Source: Squalus acanthias
Lineage: Eukaryota
Length of the DNA: 64,000 nt
Assembly: GCA_030390025.1 (NCBI GenBank)
Contig: CM059433.1
Span: 17,176,001 to 17,240,000 of the forward strand
Direction: 5' to 3'
Each line of letters opens with the position of its first letter. The first letter of the stretch is position 1. Shown here one piece after another: positions 37,571-49,759 of this stretch. The notes beneath the pieces are model-generated. The model was not told where the DNA came from. It saw only the letters and a list, made by a program, of their open reading frames with translations, and made no database searches. The position numbers and the translations under genes are program-made.

Positions 37571-38060
37571 ATTGATTTTGGTTAGTGTGGCAACTGCTTT
37601 TGATGTCACTAGAATGGTAGCCGTTTGCATTGTTACTCACTGAGAAGTGTCAGTATATGAATGCATCTTCGTGATGGGAGTGGGGATGATATTTGCGGAA
37701 CTATTCATGTAACGGGCACGTCAGGTAGCCAGGAAAGGTCTCCTGTAGGAGATTTACATGAGTTTATTTAGTGGCTGGCAAACAGATATCTCCTACCACT
37801 GCTTCATACTGCTGCTGCCCTTGGGTGAACTTTCACTTGCTCCTCTGGTGCATCCATGAGTCAGCCTCTTTGCAAGGCAAAGTTTTGAAGCATGAAGTTG
37901 ACCACAACAGACTTTGACACTACAGCTAAACTATCTCGTAGCGGCCCTGCCAATGATGCCAGGCATCAGTGGTACTCCACTTCACTTGTGGCCTCGGCAG
38001 AACTGCTGGCTATTTGTCTCTGGGCCTCCATTCACGAAAATACCCGAAGAATTGCCCTTG

Positions 38061-38648
38061 ATAAATATTCTTGGGACAGTATCGATCCCAATGCTCCTAC
38101 ATTGTAAGATGTTGTCAGAGCTGGAATGCAGCTCTGTGCCCTCAGCTTATTTTTCTGTACTGCGAGAGAAGGCAATAATATGTTATTGGAAAGCAGGCTC
38201 GACCAGCTCCCAGAGAGCAAGTGATAAAGCTCTTTTAAAACTATAGGTCCTGTAATTTTAGTGCAACTAAATCAGTTCTTTAGTATCTGGCCTGTACAGG
38301 GGTGAATTAACGCATGGGCCAAATATGGGGCCCCCACCAAATATGTTTAATTTTAGTGCAGTATATTGTGATATGATTTGAGTTTCATGCCTGCATGGTA
38401 TATTGTGATAAGAATTGCTTTATTATTAATATAGTGGGTGCGGAGGGGCCCTAAATGCACTTGGTGCCCAGGGCCCCAAGAATTCTTAATCCAGCTCTCA
38501 GCAACTGCCCAGAGCGATGCATTTGAAAGTGACAGCACATTGTTTGAGGAATAATGGAAACCGATCTATTTCCAATTATTCTTTGATGTAGGTACAACAT
38601 CTTACAATGTAAGAGCATTGGGATCGATACTGTCCCAAGAATATTTAT
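38061..38648. repeat. 55-bp inverted repeat pair enclosing about 480 bp
   Basis: 38061-38115 equals the reverse complement of 38594-38648 with one mismatch. Confidence 0.9.
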
Positions 38649-39309
38649 ATTTGGAGCATTCAGAAGAGTGACCCTCCAGCAATACATTGTTTGTGAAAGG
38701 TGTCACTATATGATGTATAGAAACATGACAATGTTTCTTAACTTTTTCTGTTACTTGTATTTTATTTATTGGCCGGCATCTCATGGTGGATAGCAATTTG
38801 TATACCATATAATTATATTAGAAGCAATATTGCATCACATGATTGGCCAGAATTAATGTTGGCGTTTGTTTTAGTGGCTGATACTACAGGCTTTATATGT
38901 AAATAAATGTTATAATATTCAACAGTCACTGTCATTGCACAAACAACTTAATGGGCAACCGACATAAAATAATTTATGTCCCTCAACATATCTGTTAAAT
39001 AAACATTGTGCTGAATGTGTATTTGCTAATTGGATTCGGGTCAAAAGAGGGATGGTTGTAGTATGGGTAGAAACATATTTTGGACCAGTTATCTGGAGAT
39101 ATTTTCACTCAGGCAATTGATGGTATCACACACCAATGAGATGCGACATTATCTCGTCCAGAAATATGTTTTGCTTTGAAGAAGAGCAATTATGTGGACC
39201 ACTGCAGTTCATCCAGCCTGCCAGCCCTGCACTACCATTATACCCTCAAACCACACAGTATTAATAACAATAATCACTCCACACGCCTCACAGCAGAGAT
39301 CACTGAATG

Positions 39310-39720
39310 TTCATCTCGCTCAGTGGCTTTACACAAAAACGATCTTCGATAAAGTACAAAGGAATTCCACCAAAATCTGGATTGCCATCTCTACTGACTT
39401 ATTCAGTAAATTTGCTGGACGATGTAAGGCACGCAAACCTGAAAGGACCCAGGTTCAATCCTCCATGAATGTTGAATTCGAAATCCTCAGCTGGGGCAGC
39501 ATTGAGAATGCTAATATTGACCTTAACATTAATGAGCTAGAGAGGGGGAAACTGAATAGGATTCTTGCACTGGATTGCTATATTGCTATCCAGCGACCCC
39601 TCTTGGAAAGTATATATGTATGAGTATCAGTGAGGACCATATTGAGCTTGACTGTGATGTACCCAACAATGAATTAGCTTGCTGAAGCTCACTTTCTGGG
39701 CTCACTACTTGGGCTGGCTA
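39310..39720 (+). mobile_element. Ancient SINE-like repeat
   Basis: A-box-like CGCTCAGTGG, B-box-like GGTTCAATCC; loosely similar to 8545-8890. Confidence 0.4.
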
Positions 39721-39931
39721 ACAGAGGGTTCTTACACCCTCAAAACCGAATCCCAGTCTGAGTTATGACTTACAGGGGGAAGAAGAGAGAATCTAAAGGG
39801 CACGTCTATTTGCAACACCAGATTTCTGATGATCCCCTTGGAAGACAAGACACAGCCACAGTCTGGAGTGTGTAATTTGATCCTGCCTGTTGGAGAGTAA
39901 TCAAGATCTCTGCAATGTGTAATTTGATCCA

Positions 39932-40024
39932 AAAATGAGAAGTCGCACAACACCAGGTTATAGTCCAACAGTTTTATTTGAAATCACAAGCTTTCGGAGC
40001 TTACGTGGCCCCTTCCTCAGGTGA
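39932..40024 (-). mobile_element. Short Penelope-type terminal insertion (second family)
   Basis: Hammerhead motif followed by AATAAA and a short tail; flanked by AATTTGATCCA direct repeats. Confidence 0.72.
39984..40024 (-). ncRNA. Minimal type I hammerhead ribozyme motif
   Basis: TCAC-CTGAGGA-A-[GGGGC CACGTAA GCTCC]-GAAAG-CTT-GTGA: paired stems I and II, intact core, palindromic AAGCTT stem III. Confidence 0.72.
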
Positions 40025-40218
40025 ATTTGATCCAGTCATTGTCAGGCAGGCTACTGAGTTCACAGTGCTAACAGTACTCCTTTCAGAGAACAGACACGGC
40101 TCACCCTCCCGGGTTAGGTGCACTCTCAGCACCCACACTGCTAAGTTCAGTTAGGAAGGGAGACAATGGAGGGATTTTAACATGAAGATGAAAATTTTAA
40201 AATCAAGTTGTTGGTGGA

Positions 40219-40935
40219 CAATGTTCCCCCTATTTTTTTTTGGTTGCGCGGTCCCTTTAACGGGCTGCGTGGCCATTCACGATTTCGGGCATGCGCAAAA
40301 TTTCCTATTCAAAAGCCGGTAAGCAAGGGGGGAGGAGAGGGAGAATGTGGTGCAGGTGTAAAGGGGAAGAACGTGATCCAGGCCTAACAGAGGGGGGAGA
40401 GCGTGACCTATCTTCCCATCTGGATCACATTCTTGCTCTCATTCCCCACCACCCCCTTCAGACCTGGATCACGTTTCCCCCCCCCCCTCCCCACTGTTCT
40501 CACTGGGCTTCCCCCCCCCCCGCCCCCAACAAGTTCCTGACCTTCTCCCCCATCCCGAGTTCCTGACCTTCTCCCCATCCCGAGTTTCTGACCTTCTCCC
40601 CCATCCTGAGTTCCTGACATTCTCCCCCCGAGTTCCTGACATTCTTCCCCCCCTGCGAGCTCCTCGCCCCCCCCCCCTGCGAGCTCCTCTATTCCCACTC
40701 CTTCGATCCCTCTCCTCTCTTCACCACCCCCCCTCCCCGATCCCCTCTCCTCTCTCCACCCCATCGAGCCCTTCTCTGTAGGGAGCTGAAGAAAGCGTGC
40801 CGGAGCAGGCCGCAGCTGCTGCACTGTTTGGTACTGCGCGTGCGCGACCGGATTGAGCGTGCGTGCACGACTGGATCGAGTGTGCATGCATGACTGGATC
40901 GAGTGCGCAGTACCAAATGGAGGCACATGCGCAGA
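40219..40935. mobile_element. hAT-type non-autonomous element, right end not found, with internal minisatellites
   Basis: Left end CAATGTTCCCCCTA matches 60039-60199; about 25-bp tandem units at 40531-40650 and about 22-bp units at 40845-40908. Confidence 0.6.
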
Positions 40936-41310
40936 AGGACCAGAACACCATGGAAATAAGCACGGTAGAATCTAAAATGCTCTACTCAAAGACCAATTGA
41001 ATACACACTTGATGGTAAATGAGAAGTGAAAGATGTTTATTGGACTTTATAAAAGAGGTCTTCATAACTCACACCTGACCTTGTCAATCATTGGGCTTTG
41101 AAGTGACATTTCTTTGTGATAACACCATATTCATCCGTAATTTCATTATTTCTTATTTTACAATTCAAAGCTGTTACTGTTAGGTCTGCAATCACTCAGT
41201 TGATATAATATGCAACCCATTCTTTCCTTAAATGCTTAAATGGTTTTGCCATCTCTGTCACATTGATCACACACTATTAATATTTCCCTTCTATTGGTGG
41301 CTTTGTCATT

Positions 41311-44300
41311 CATAAGAACATAAGAACATAAGAATTAGGAGCAGGAGTAGGCCATATGGCCCCTCGAGCCTGCTCCACCATTCAATAAGATCATGGCTGA
41401 TCTACGACCTCAACACTTTCCTGCCCTATCCCCATATCCCTTGATTCCCCTGGAGTCCAAAAATCTATCTATCTCAACCTTGAATATACTCAACGACTGA
41501 GCATCCACAGCCCTTTGGGGCAGAAAATTCCAAAGATTCACAACCCTCTGAGTGAAGAAGTTCCTCCTCATCTCAGTCTTAAAAGGCCGACCCCTTATCC
41601 TGAGACTATGCCCCCTGGTTCTGGACTCTCCAGCCAGGGGAAACAATCTCTCAGCATCTATCCTGTCAATCCCCCACAGAATCTTATATGTTTCAATTAA
41701 ATCTCCTCTCATTCTTCTAAATTCCAAAGAATATAGGCCTAATCTACTCAATCTCTCCTCATAGGACAACCCTCTCATCCCAGGGATTAGTCTAATGAAT
41801 CTTCGTTGAACCGCCTCTAAGGGAAGTATATCCTTCCTTAGATAAGGAGACCAAAACTGTACACAGTACTACAGGTGTAGTCTCACCAAAGCCCTGTACA
41901 ATTGTAGCAAGACTTCCTTACTCTTGTACTCGAACCCCCTTGCAATAAAGGCCAACATGCCATTTGTCTTCCTAATTGCTTGCTGTGACCTACATGCTAA
42001 CTCTCTCTGTTTCCTGTACGAGGACATCTAAATCTCTCTGAACACCAACATTTAATAGTTTCTCATCGTTTAAAAAATATTCTGTTTTTCTATTCTTCCT
42101 ACCAAAGTGAATAACCTCACATTTCCCTATATTATACTCCATCTGCCACCTTATTGCCTACTCACGTCGGGAATGGTAGCAGAGTGTCCAAAGTAATCCA
42201 GAGGCCTGGACTAATGATCCGGAGATGTGAGTTCCAATCCCACCATGGCAGCTGGGGAATTTTAATTCAGTTAATTAAATAAATCTGGAATAAAAAGCTA
42301 GTATCATGTAATGGTAACCATGAAACCATCGGATTGTCGTAAAAACCCATCTGGTTCACTAAGGTCCTTTAGGGAATGAAATCTGCCGTCCTTACCTGGT
42401 CTGGCCTATATGTGACTTCAGACCCACAGTAATGTGGTTGACTCTTAACTGCCCTCTGAAATGGCCTAGCAAGCCACTCAGTCGTAAAAAAACTGTTATG
42501 AAAACCAATAAGAATAAAACCAGAAGGACCACCCGGCATCGACCTCGGCACCGGCTACGGATACGACAACGGCACACCCAGCCCAGTCAACCCTGCAAAG
42601 TCCTCCTCACCAACATCTGGAGACTTGTGCCAAAATTGGGAGAGCTGTCCCACAGACTAGTCAAGCAACAGCCTGACATAGTCATACTCACAGAATCATA
42701 CCTTTCAGCCAATGTCACAAACTCCTCCATCACCACCGGCAGGACAGACCCACCAGGGGTGGCGGCAGCGTGGTATACAGTCGGGAAGGAGTGGCCCTGG
42801 GAGTTCTCAACATTGACTCCGGACGCCATGAAGTCTCATGGCTTCAGGTCAAGCATGATTACCACCTACTGCCCTCTCTCAGCTGATGAATCAGTACTCC
42901 TCAATGTTGAACACCACTTTGAAGAAGCACTGAGAGTAGCAAGGGCACAGAATGTACTCTGGGTGGGGGACTTCAATGTCCATCACCAAGAGTGGCTCGG
43001 TAGCACCACTCCTGACCGAGCTGGTCGAGTCCTGAAGGACATAGCTGCCAGTCTGGGTCTGCGACAGGTGATGAGAGAACCAACACGAGGGAAAAACCTA
43101 CTTGATTGGTCCTCACCAATCTACCTGTCGCAGATGCATCTGTCCATGATAACATTGGTAGCAGTGACCACCGCACAGTCATTGTGGAGACGAAGTCCCG
43201 TCTTCACACTGCGGACACCCTCCATCGTGTTGTGTGGCACTACCACCGTGCTAAATGAGATAGATTCAGAACAGATCTAGCAGCTCAAAACTGGGCATCC
43301 ATGAGGCGCTGTGGGCCATCAGCAGCAGCAGAATTGTATTCCACCACAATCTGTAACCTCATGGCCCGGTATAACCCTCACCCTACCATTACCATCAAGC
43401 CAGAGGCCCAACCCTAGTTCAATAAGGAGTGCAGAAGAGCATGCCAGGAGCAGCACCAAGTGTACCTATAAATGCGGTGCCAACCTGGGGAAGCTGCAAC
43501 ACTGGACTACATGCATGCTAAAAAGTGGAAGCAGCATGTTATAGACGGAGCGAAGCGATCCCACAATCAATGGATCAGATCAAAGCTCTGCAGTCCTGCC
43601 ACATCCAGTCGCGAATGTTGGTGGACCATTAAACAACTAACGGGTGGAGGAGGCTCCATGAATAACCCCATCCTCAATGATGGTGGAGCCCAGCACGTGA
43701 GTGCAAAAGACAAAGCTGAAGCGTTTGCAACCATCTTCAGCCAGAAGTGCCGAGTGGATGATCCATATCGGCCTCCTCCTGAGGTCCCCACCACCACAGA
43801 AGACAGTCTTCAGCCAATTTGATTCACTCCATGTGATATCAAGAAATGGCTGAGCGCACTGGATACAGCAAAGGCTGTGAGCCCCGACAACATCCCGGCT
43901 GTCGTGCGGAAGACTTGTGCTCCAGAACTAGCCGCTCCTCTAGCCAAGCTGTTCCTGTACAGCTGCAACACTGGCATCTATCCAACAATGTGGAAAACTG
44001 CCCAGGTATGTCCTCTGCACAAAAAGCAGGAGAAATCCAATCTGGCCAATTACCGCCCAATCAGTCTACTAGCAATCATCAGCAAAGTGATGGAAGGTGT
44101 CATCGACAGTGCTATCAAGCGGCAGCTGCTCACTGATGTCCAGTTTGGGTTCCGCCAGGACCACGCGGCTCCAGACCTCATTACAGCCTTGGTCCAAACA
44201 TGGACAAAAGAGCTGAATTCCAGAGGTGAGGGGAGAGTGACTGCCCTTGACATCAAGGCAGCATTTGACCGAGTGTGGCATCAAGGAGCCCTAGTAAAAC

Positions 44301-46542
44301 TGAAGTCAATGTGAATCAGGGGGAAAACTCTCCACTGGCTGGAGTCATACCCAGCACAAAGGAAGATGGTTGTGGTGGTTGGAGGTCAATCATCACAGCC
44401 CCAGGACATCGCTGCAGAAGTTCCTCAGGGCAGTGTCCTAGGCCCAACCATCTTCAGCTGCTTCATCAATAACCTTCCATCCATCATAAGACAGAAGTAG
44501 GGATGTTCGCTGATGACTGCACAGTGTTCAGTGCCATTCACAACTCCTCAAATAATGAAGCAGTCCATGCCCGCATGCAGCAAGACCTGGACAACATTCA
44601 GGCTTGGGCTGATGTGTGGCGCGAATGTTACCTGACACTTAAGTGCCAGGCAATGACTATCTCCAACAGGCGTGTGTCTCATCACCACCCCTTGACATTC
44701 AACGGCATTACCTTCGTCGAATCCCCCACCATCAATACCTTGGGGATCACCATTGACCAGAAACTTAACTGGACCAGCCACATAAATAATGTGGCAACAA
44801 GAGCAGGTCAGAGGCTGGGTTTTCTGCGGCGAGTGTCTCACTTCCTGACTCCCCAAAGCCTTTCCTCCATCTACAAGACACAAGTCAGGAGTGTGATAGA
44901 ATACTCTCCACTTGCCTGGATGAGTGCAGCTCCAACAACACTCAAGAAACTTGACAACATCCAAGACAAAGCAACCCGATTGATTGGCACCCCATCCACC
45001 ACCTTAAACATTCACTCCCTCCACCACTGGCGTACCGTGGCTGCAGTGTGTACCATCTACAAGATGCACTGCAGCAACTCGCAAGGCTTCTTCGACAGCA
45101 CCTCCCAAACCCACGACCTCTACCACCTAGAAGGACAAGGGCAGCAGGCGCATGGGAACACCACCACCTTAAAGTTCCCCTGCAAGTCACACACCATCCT
45201 GACTTGGAAATATATCGCCGATCCTTCATCGTTGCTGGGTCAAAATCCTGGACCTCCCTCCCTAACAGCACTGTGGGAGTACCTTCACCACACTGACTGC
45301 AGCGGTTCAAGAAGGCGGCTCACCACCACCTTCTCAAGGGCAACTAGGATGGGCAATAAATGGTGGCCTTGCCAGCGATGCCCACGTCCCATGAATGAAT
45401 TAAAAAATAAGCTACCTGTCTACCCCACTAGTTACGTCTGCCAATCTGGAAATGACCCGTTTATCCCAACTCTCTGCTTTTTGTCCATTAACTAATCCTC
45501 TATCCATGCTCTTTGTGTCCTCCTCACAACTTACTTTTCTACCTAGTTTTGTATCATCAGCAAACTTGGATACATTACACTCGGTCCCTTCACCTAAGTC
45601 ATTAATATAGATTGTAAATAGCTGAGGCCGAAGCACTGATCCATGCAGTACCCAACAATTACAGCCTGCCAATCTGAAAATGACCCGTTCATCCCAACTC
45701 TCTGCTTTCTGTCCATTAACCAATTCTCTATCCATGCTAATACATCACCTCCAATCCCATGAGCCCTTATCATGTGGAACAACCTTTTATGTGGCACCTT
45801 ATTGAATGCCTTTTGAAAATCCAAATATACTACATCCACTGGTTCTCCTTTATCTACTCTGCTAGTTACATCCTCAAAAAACTCTAATAAATTTGTCAAA
45901 CACGATTTCCCTTTCATAAAACCATGTTGACTCTGCCTAATCATATTATGATTTTGTAAGTGCCCTGTTACCACTTCCTTAATAATGGATTCCAGCATTT
46001 TCCCGATGACTGATGCAGGCTAACTGGCCTGTAGTTCCCTGTTTTCTCTCTCCCTCTTTTCGTGAATAGCGGGGTTACATTAGCTACCTTCCAATCCACT
46101 GGGACCTTTCCAGAATCTAGGGAATTTTGGAAGATCACAACCAATGCATCCACTATCTCTGCAGCTACCTCTTTCAGTACCCTGGGATGTAATCCATCTG
46201 GTCCAGGGGATTTGTCCGCTTTTAGTCCCATTAGTTTCCCAAGTACTTTTTCTCTACTGATATTAATTACTTTAAGTTCCTCACTCTCATTAGCCCCTTG
46301 GTTCCCCATTATTTTGGGGTATACATTTTTTGTCTTCTACTGTGAAGACAGATATAAAATATTTATTTAAGGTCACTGCCATTTCCTTGTTCCCCAATAT
46401 AAGTTCTCCTGATCTCAGCCTCTAAGGGACCAACACTTGCTTTTGCGACTCTCTTCCTTTTTACATACTTGTAGAAGCCCTTGTAATCTGTTCTTATATT
46501 TCTTGCTAATTTACTCTCGCTTTCCATTTTCTCCCTTTTTAT
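41311..46542 (-). mobile_element. 5'-truncated CR1 family A, split by LINE B
   Basis: 3' part 41311-42166 and 5' part 45412-46542 both match the reverse complement of 12000-13853. Confidence 0.93.
42168..45410 (+). mobile_element. Near full-length CR1-group LINE family B (tRNA-like head, APE and RT, no recognisable ORF1)
   Basis: TNI-RLVPK, QPDIVILTESY, WVGDFNVHH, NYRPISLL, ALDIKAAFDRVWH, MFADD; 3' end GAATGAATTAAAAAA; frameshifted. Confidence 0.93.
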
Positions 46543-46614
46543 CTTCCTGTGTCCAGAGCCCTACAGTTTAATCACAGAATGCTACTGCGGTATCAATGAA
46601 TCGTTTGCTTTCTA

Positions 46615-47120
46615 TTTTTTTAATTCATTCTGGGGATATGGTGTCACTAACAAGACCAGCATTTATTGCCCATCCCTAGTTGCCCTTGAGAAGGTGGTGG
46701 TGGGCCTTCTTCTTGAACTGCTGCAGTCCATGTAGAAACATAGAAACATAGAAAAATAGGAGCAGGAGGAGGCCATTCGGCCCCTCGAGCCTGCTCCGCC
46801 ATTCAATATGATCATGGCTGATCCTCTATCTCAATACCATATTCCCGCTCTCTCCCCATACCCCTTGATGCCTTTTGTGTCTAGAAATCTATCTATCTCT
46901 TTCTTAAATATATTCAGTGACTTGGCCTTGGTGATGTGGTGAAGGTTCTCCCACAATGCGGCTAGCGAAGGAGTTCCAGGAATTTGACCCAGTGACCATG
47001 AAGGAATGGCGATATATGTCCAAGTCTGGATGGTGTGTGACTTGGCAGGGAACTTGGAGGCGATGATGTTCCCATGTACCTGCTCCCCTTGTCCTTCTAG
47101 GTGGTGGAGAGCGCGTGTTT
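46615..47120 (-). mobile_element. LINE B-related 3' fragment with a nested CR1 3' piece (46733-46928)
   Basis: Matches the reverse complement of 45110-45405; interrupted by a CR1 tail nearly identical to 35128-35310. Confidence 0.85.
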
Positions 47121-47339
47121 TCTATTTTAAAAGCTTCATTTTAAATTCTACATTTGACAAATAACATACTGCAAACAGGATTAACTTTTGAAAGCTGACT
47201 AAAAATTGTTTACTTGAGATCAGATTTTGCAGCCATAAAAGTTCAGCACTGCTGCCCCCTGGCTTTGTAGTTGGTGGAAGATAGAGCAAAGAGCGGCATG
47301 GCTAGATTAAATAAGAACATTTTAATGGAATTTAGTTGT

Positions 47340-48329
47340 CTGTAGCATTAAAAAAAAATCCCTAAATTTGACTGAGAAATGGCTAATACAATATTAAACA
47401 AAAATGAGAAAACACAGCCATGAAATACAACAGGTTAACTGTGATTAAAAGCTACTGATTTCACTGTTCTGTGACTTCTTTATATCTGGATTTTCAACTT
47501 CCGTTTTCACTCGGCTGGCATATAAACCAGTTTTATACTTGATCCAATTTTATACTTGATGAACAAATTCTCTCAACTGACAAAACCAACCTTTGGCATA
47601 TTGCACAGAAGAACTTGATCCTTTCACCTCTGTGCTTTGTGCACTTTCTCCACTTTGCAGCCTAGGTATCCAATTATAGCCAAATTGTCAGTGAGATTGG
47701 AAGTATTGATACTCGGGATCGACACAACCCGTCGACAAGTTGGTCGTGCAAGACTGTGTCTGCTCCTATCCGAAGCATCATTTCTGCCAGTTCTTCCAGG
47801 CACCTGAGGCAGAAGGTGTGTCCACATTGCAGATACTTTGGACGTCGATTTCCTTCATTGTCCTGTTCAATTCAAACCATGCGGTTCAGAAGAACGTTCA
47901 TATTAGGAAGGGAAAGGCTCATGGTCTCACAACACAGCACAGATTAATCTCGATGTAAAGTACGAAACTTAAAGCAGTAGCACCTTTTTCATAATTTGCT
48001 TCTGAAATGAGAGGTGAATAAACAGGGCAGGCAAAGAAGAAACAATTACCGCCTTGGAGACTGTAGCATTAAAAAAATACTAAATTTGATTGAGAAATGG
48101 CTAATACAATATTAAACAAAAATGAGAAAGCACAGCCATGAAATACAACAAGTTAACTGTGATTAAAAGCTACAGATTTCATTGTTCTGTGACTTTATAT
48201 CTAGATTTTCAACTTCAGTTTTCACTAGGCTGGTGTATAAACCAGTTTTATACTTGATCCAGTTTTATACTTGATGAACAAATTCTCTCAACTGACAAAG
48301 CCAACCTTTGGCATATTGCACAGAAGAAC
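47340..48329 (+). repeat. Direct duplication of about 270 bp (47340-47614 and 48061-48329)
   Basis: The two copies align end to end with scattered differences. Confidence 0.92.
47591..47950 (-). pseudogene. TRIM-NHL pseudogene, 5' exon: RING and first half of the B-box
   Basis: LICAV(C)...RRPKYLQCGHTFCLRCLE...RPTCR...LTDNLAI...CTKHRGERIKFFCAICQ across frameshifts; donor AG|gttggt at 47590. Confidence 0.85.
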
Positions 48330-48474
48330 AAAGTCATGGTAACCTATTTATTTACCCTTTGCATTAAGTGAAGTGAGTAATGCTTCTTGGATGGTTGTTT
48401 ATTTTAAGAGTGCTATTGATTGCAGTAAATAGTTACTCCATGAACTGTAATCTGAATTTATAGAGCATATCCTC

Positions 48475-48915
48475 AGCCAGGCAATGACCATCTCCAACAA
48501 GGGAGAGTCTAGCCATCTCCCCTTGATATTCAACGGCATTACCATCGCCGAATGCCCCACCATCAACATCCTGGGGGTCACCATTGACCAGAAACTTAAC
48601 TGGACCAGCCACATAAATACTGTGGCTACAAGAGCAGGTCAGAGGCTGGATATTCTGCGGTGAGTGACTCCCCAAATTTCACTCCAAGTCACACATCATC
48701 CTGACTTGGAAATATATCGCCGTTCCTTTATCGTTGCTCGGTCAAAATCCTGGAACTCCCTCCCTAACAGCAGTAGGGGTGGTAGTACCTTCACCTCATT
48801 GACTGCAGCGGTTCAAGAAGGCGGCTCACCACCACCTTCTCAAGGGAAATTAGAGATGGGCGATAAATGCTGGCCTTGCCAGCGACACCCACATCCCAGG
48901 AATGAATTAAAAAGA
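48475..48915 (+). mobile_element. LINE B 3' fragment with an internal deletion
   Basis: Matches 44645-44850 joined to 45180-45405. Confidence 0.85.
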
Positions 48916-49759
48916 AAAGTAGCTGAGAATTTGCATTTATACGCGTTAAGCAGGTTCAGAATCAGTTTGCATGTCAAGAAGTGACAGATATTTTATCAAC
49001 ACAGTGGAAGAATTTGTGGATGAATATGTGTAAAACCTCAAAGAAATATTTTTCTAACAGTTAACATTTTCACGTAATACCAATAGAGAAATCTGTTACA
49101 TGGGTTTTTTTTTAATAGTAGAACAACATCACTTCAGAAAAGAGGATTTTTGCAGGCAGATTCTTGCCCACTTGTTGCTAAAACCAACAGCACAGCCACA
49201 ATCCACTGGGCATTGCTGCAACAGTTGGCATAAACAGTAGTACACCCGAAAGCAAATGCCATTTATACAACTCGTTATCAGACTCGCTCTGTAAGGCTCA
49301 CACCCTATGATATCATGTATGCTGTGTTCCATTAAAAACTATACATTGTGACTGAAGAGCAATTGCACTAAAAATGCCCTATTTACAGAGCAGAGTGTTT
49401 TTCATCAGGCAGACAAAAGAACATTGCCATCAATAAGTGACTGACATCTTCCAGCAGTTTGTGAATGCGCAATTCTTATTTAAGCCACGCTGAGCTATGG
49501 GGCCACGTGCTGCTGGAACGAGCTGGTTTGCAGTTAATGTATTTCAATCTTGCTTTTCAAAGGGTATTGCCTTAATGAAAATGTGTGTTGGCAAAGCTTT
49601 TTATGTTTGGAGAGTGAGTAAAGGCAGAAGATCTCAGTGATTTTTGTTGTGATGTCATCACATGGGATGTTTTTCAATGCATTTTTACAATTCGGCAACC
49701 TGTTTGTAAACAAACATAAAAGGGTTTTGCCAAATACAATTTTTTCATTAAGATATTGA

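Noticed and set aside
40531..40908. CRISPR-like array
   Set aside because: Tandem units without unique spacers in a eukaryotic transposon; this is a minisatellite.
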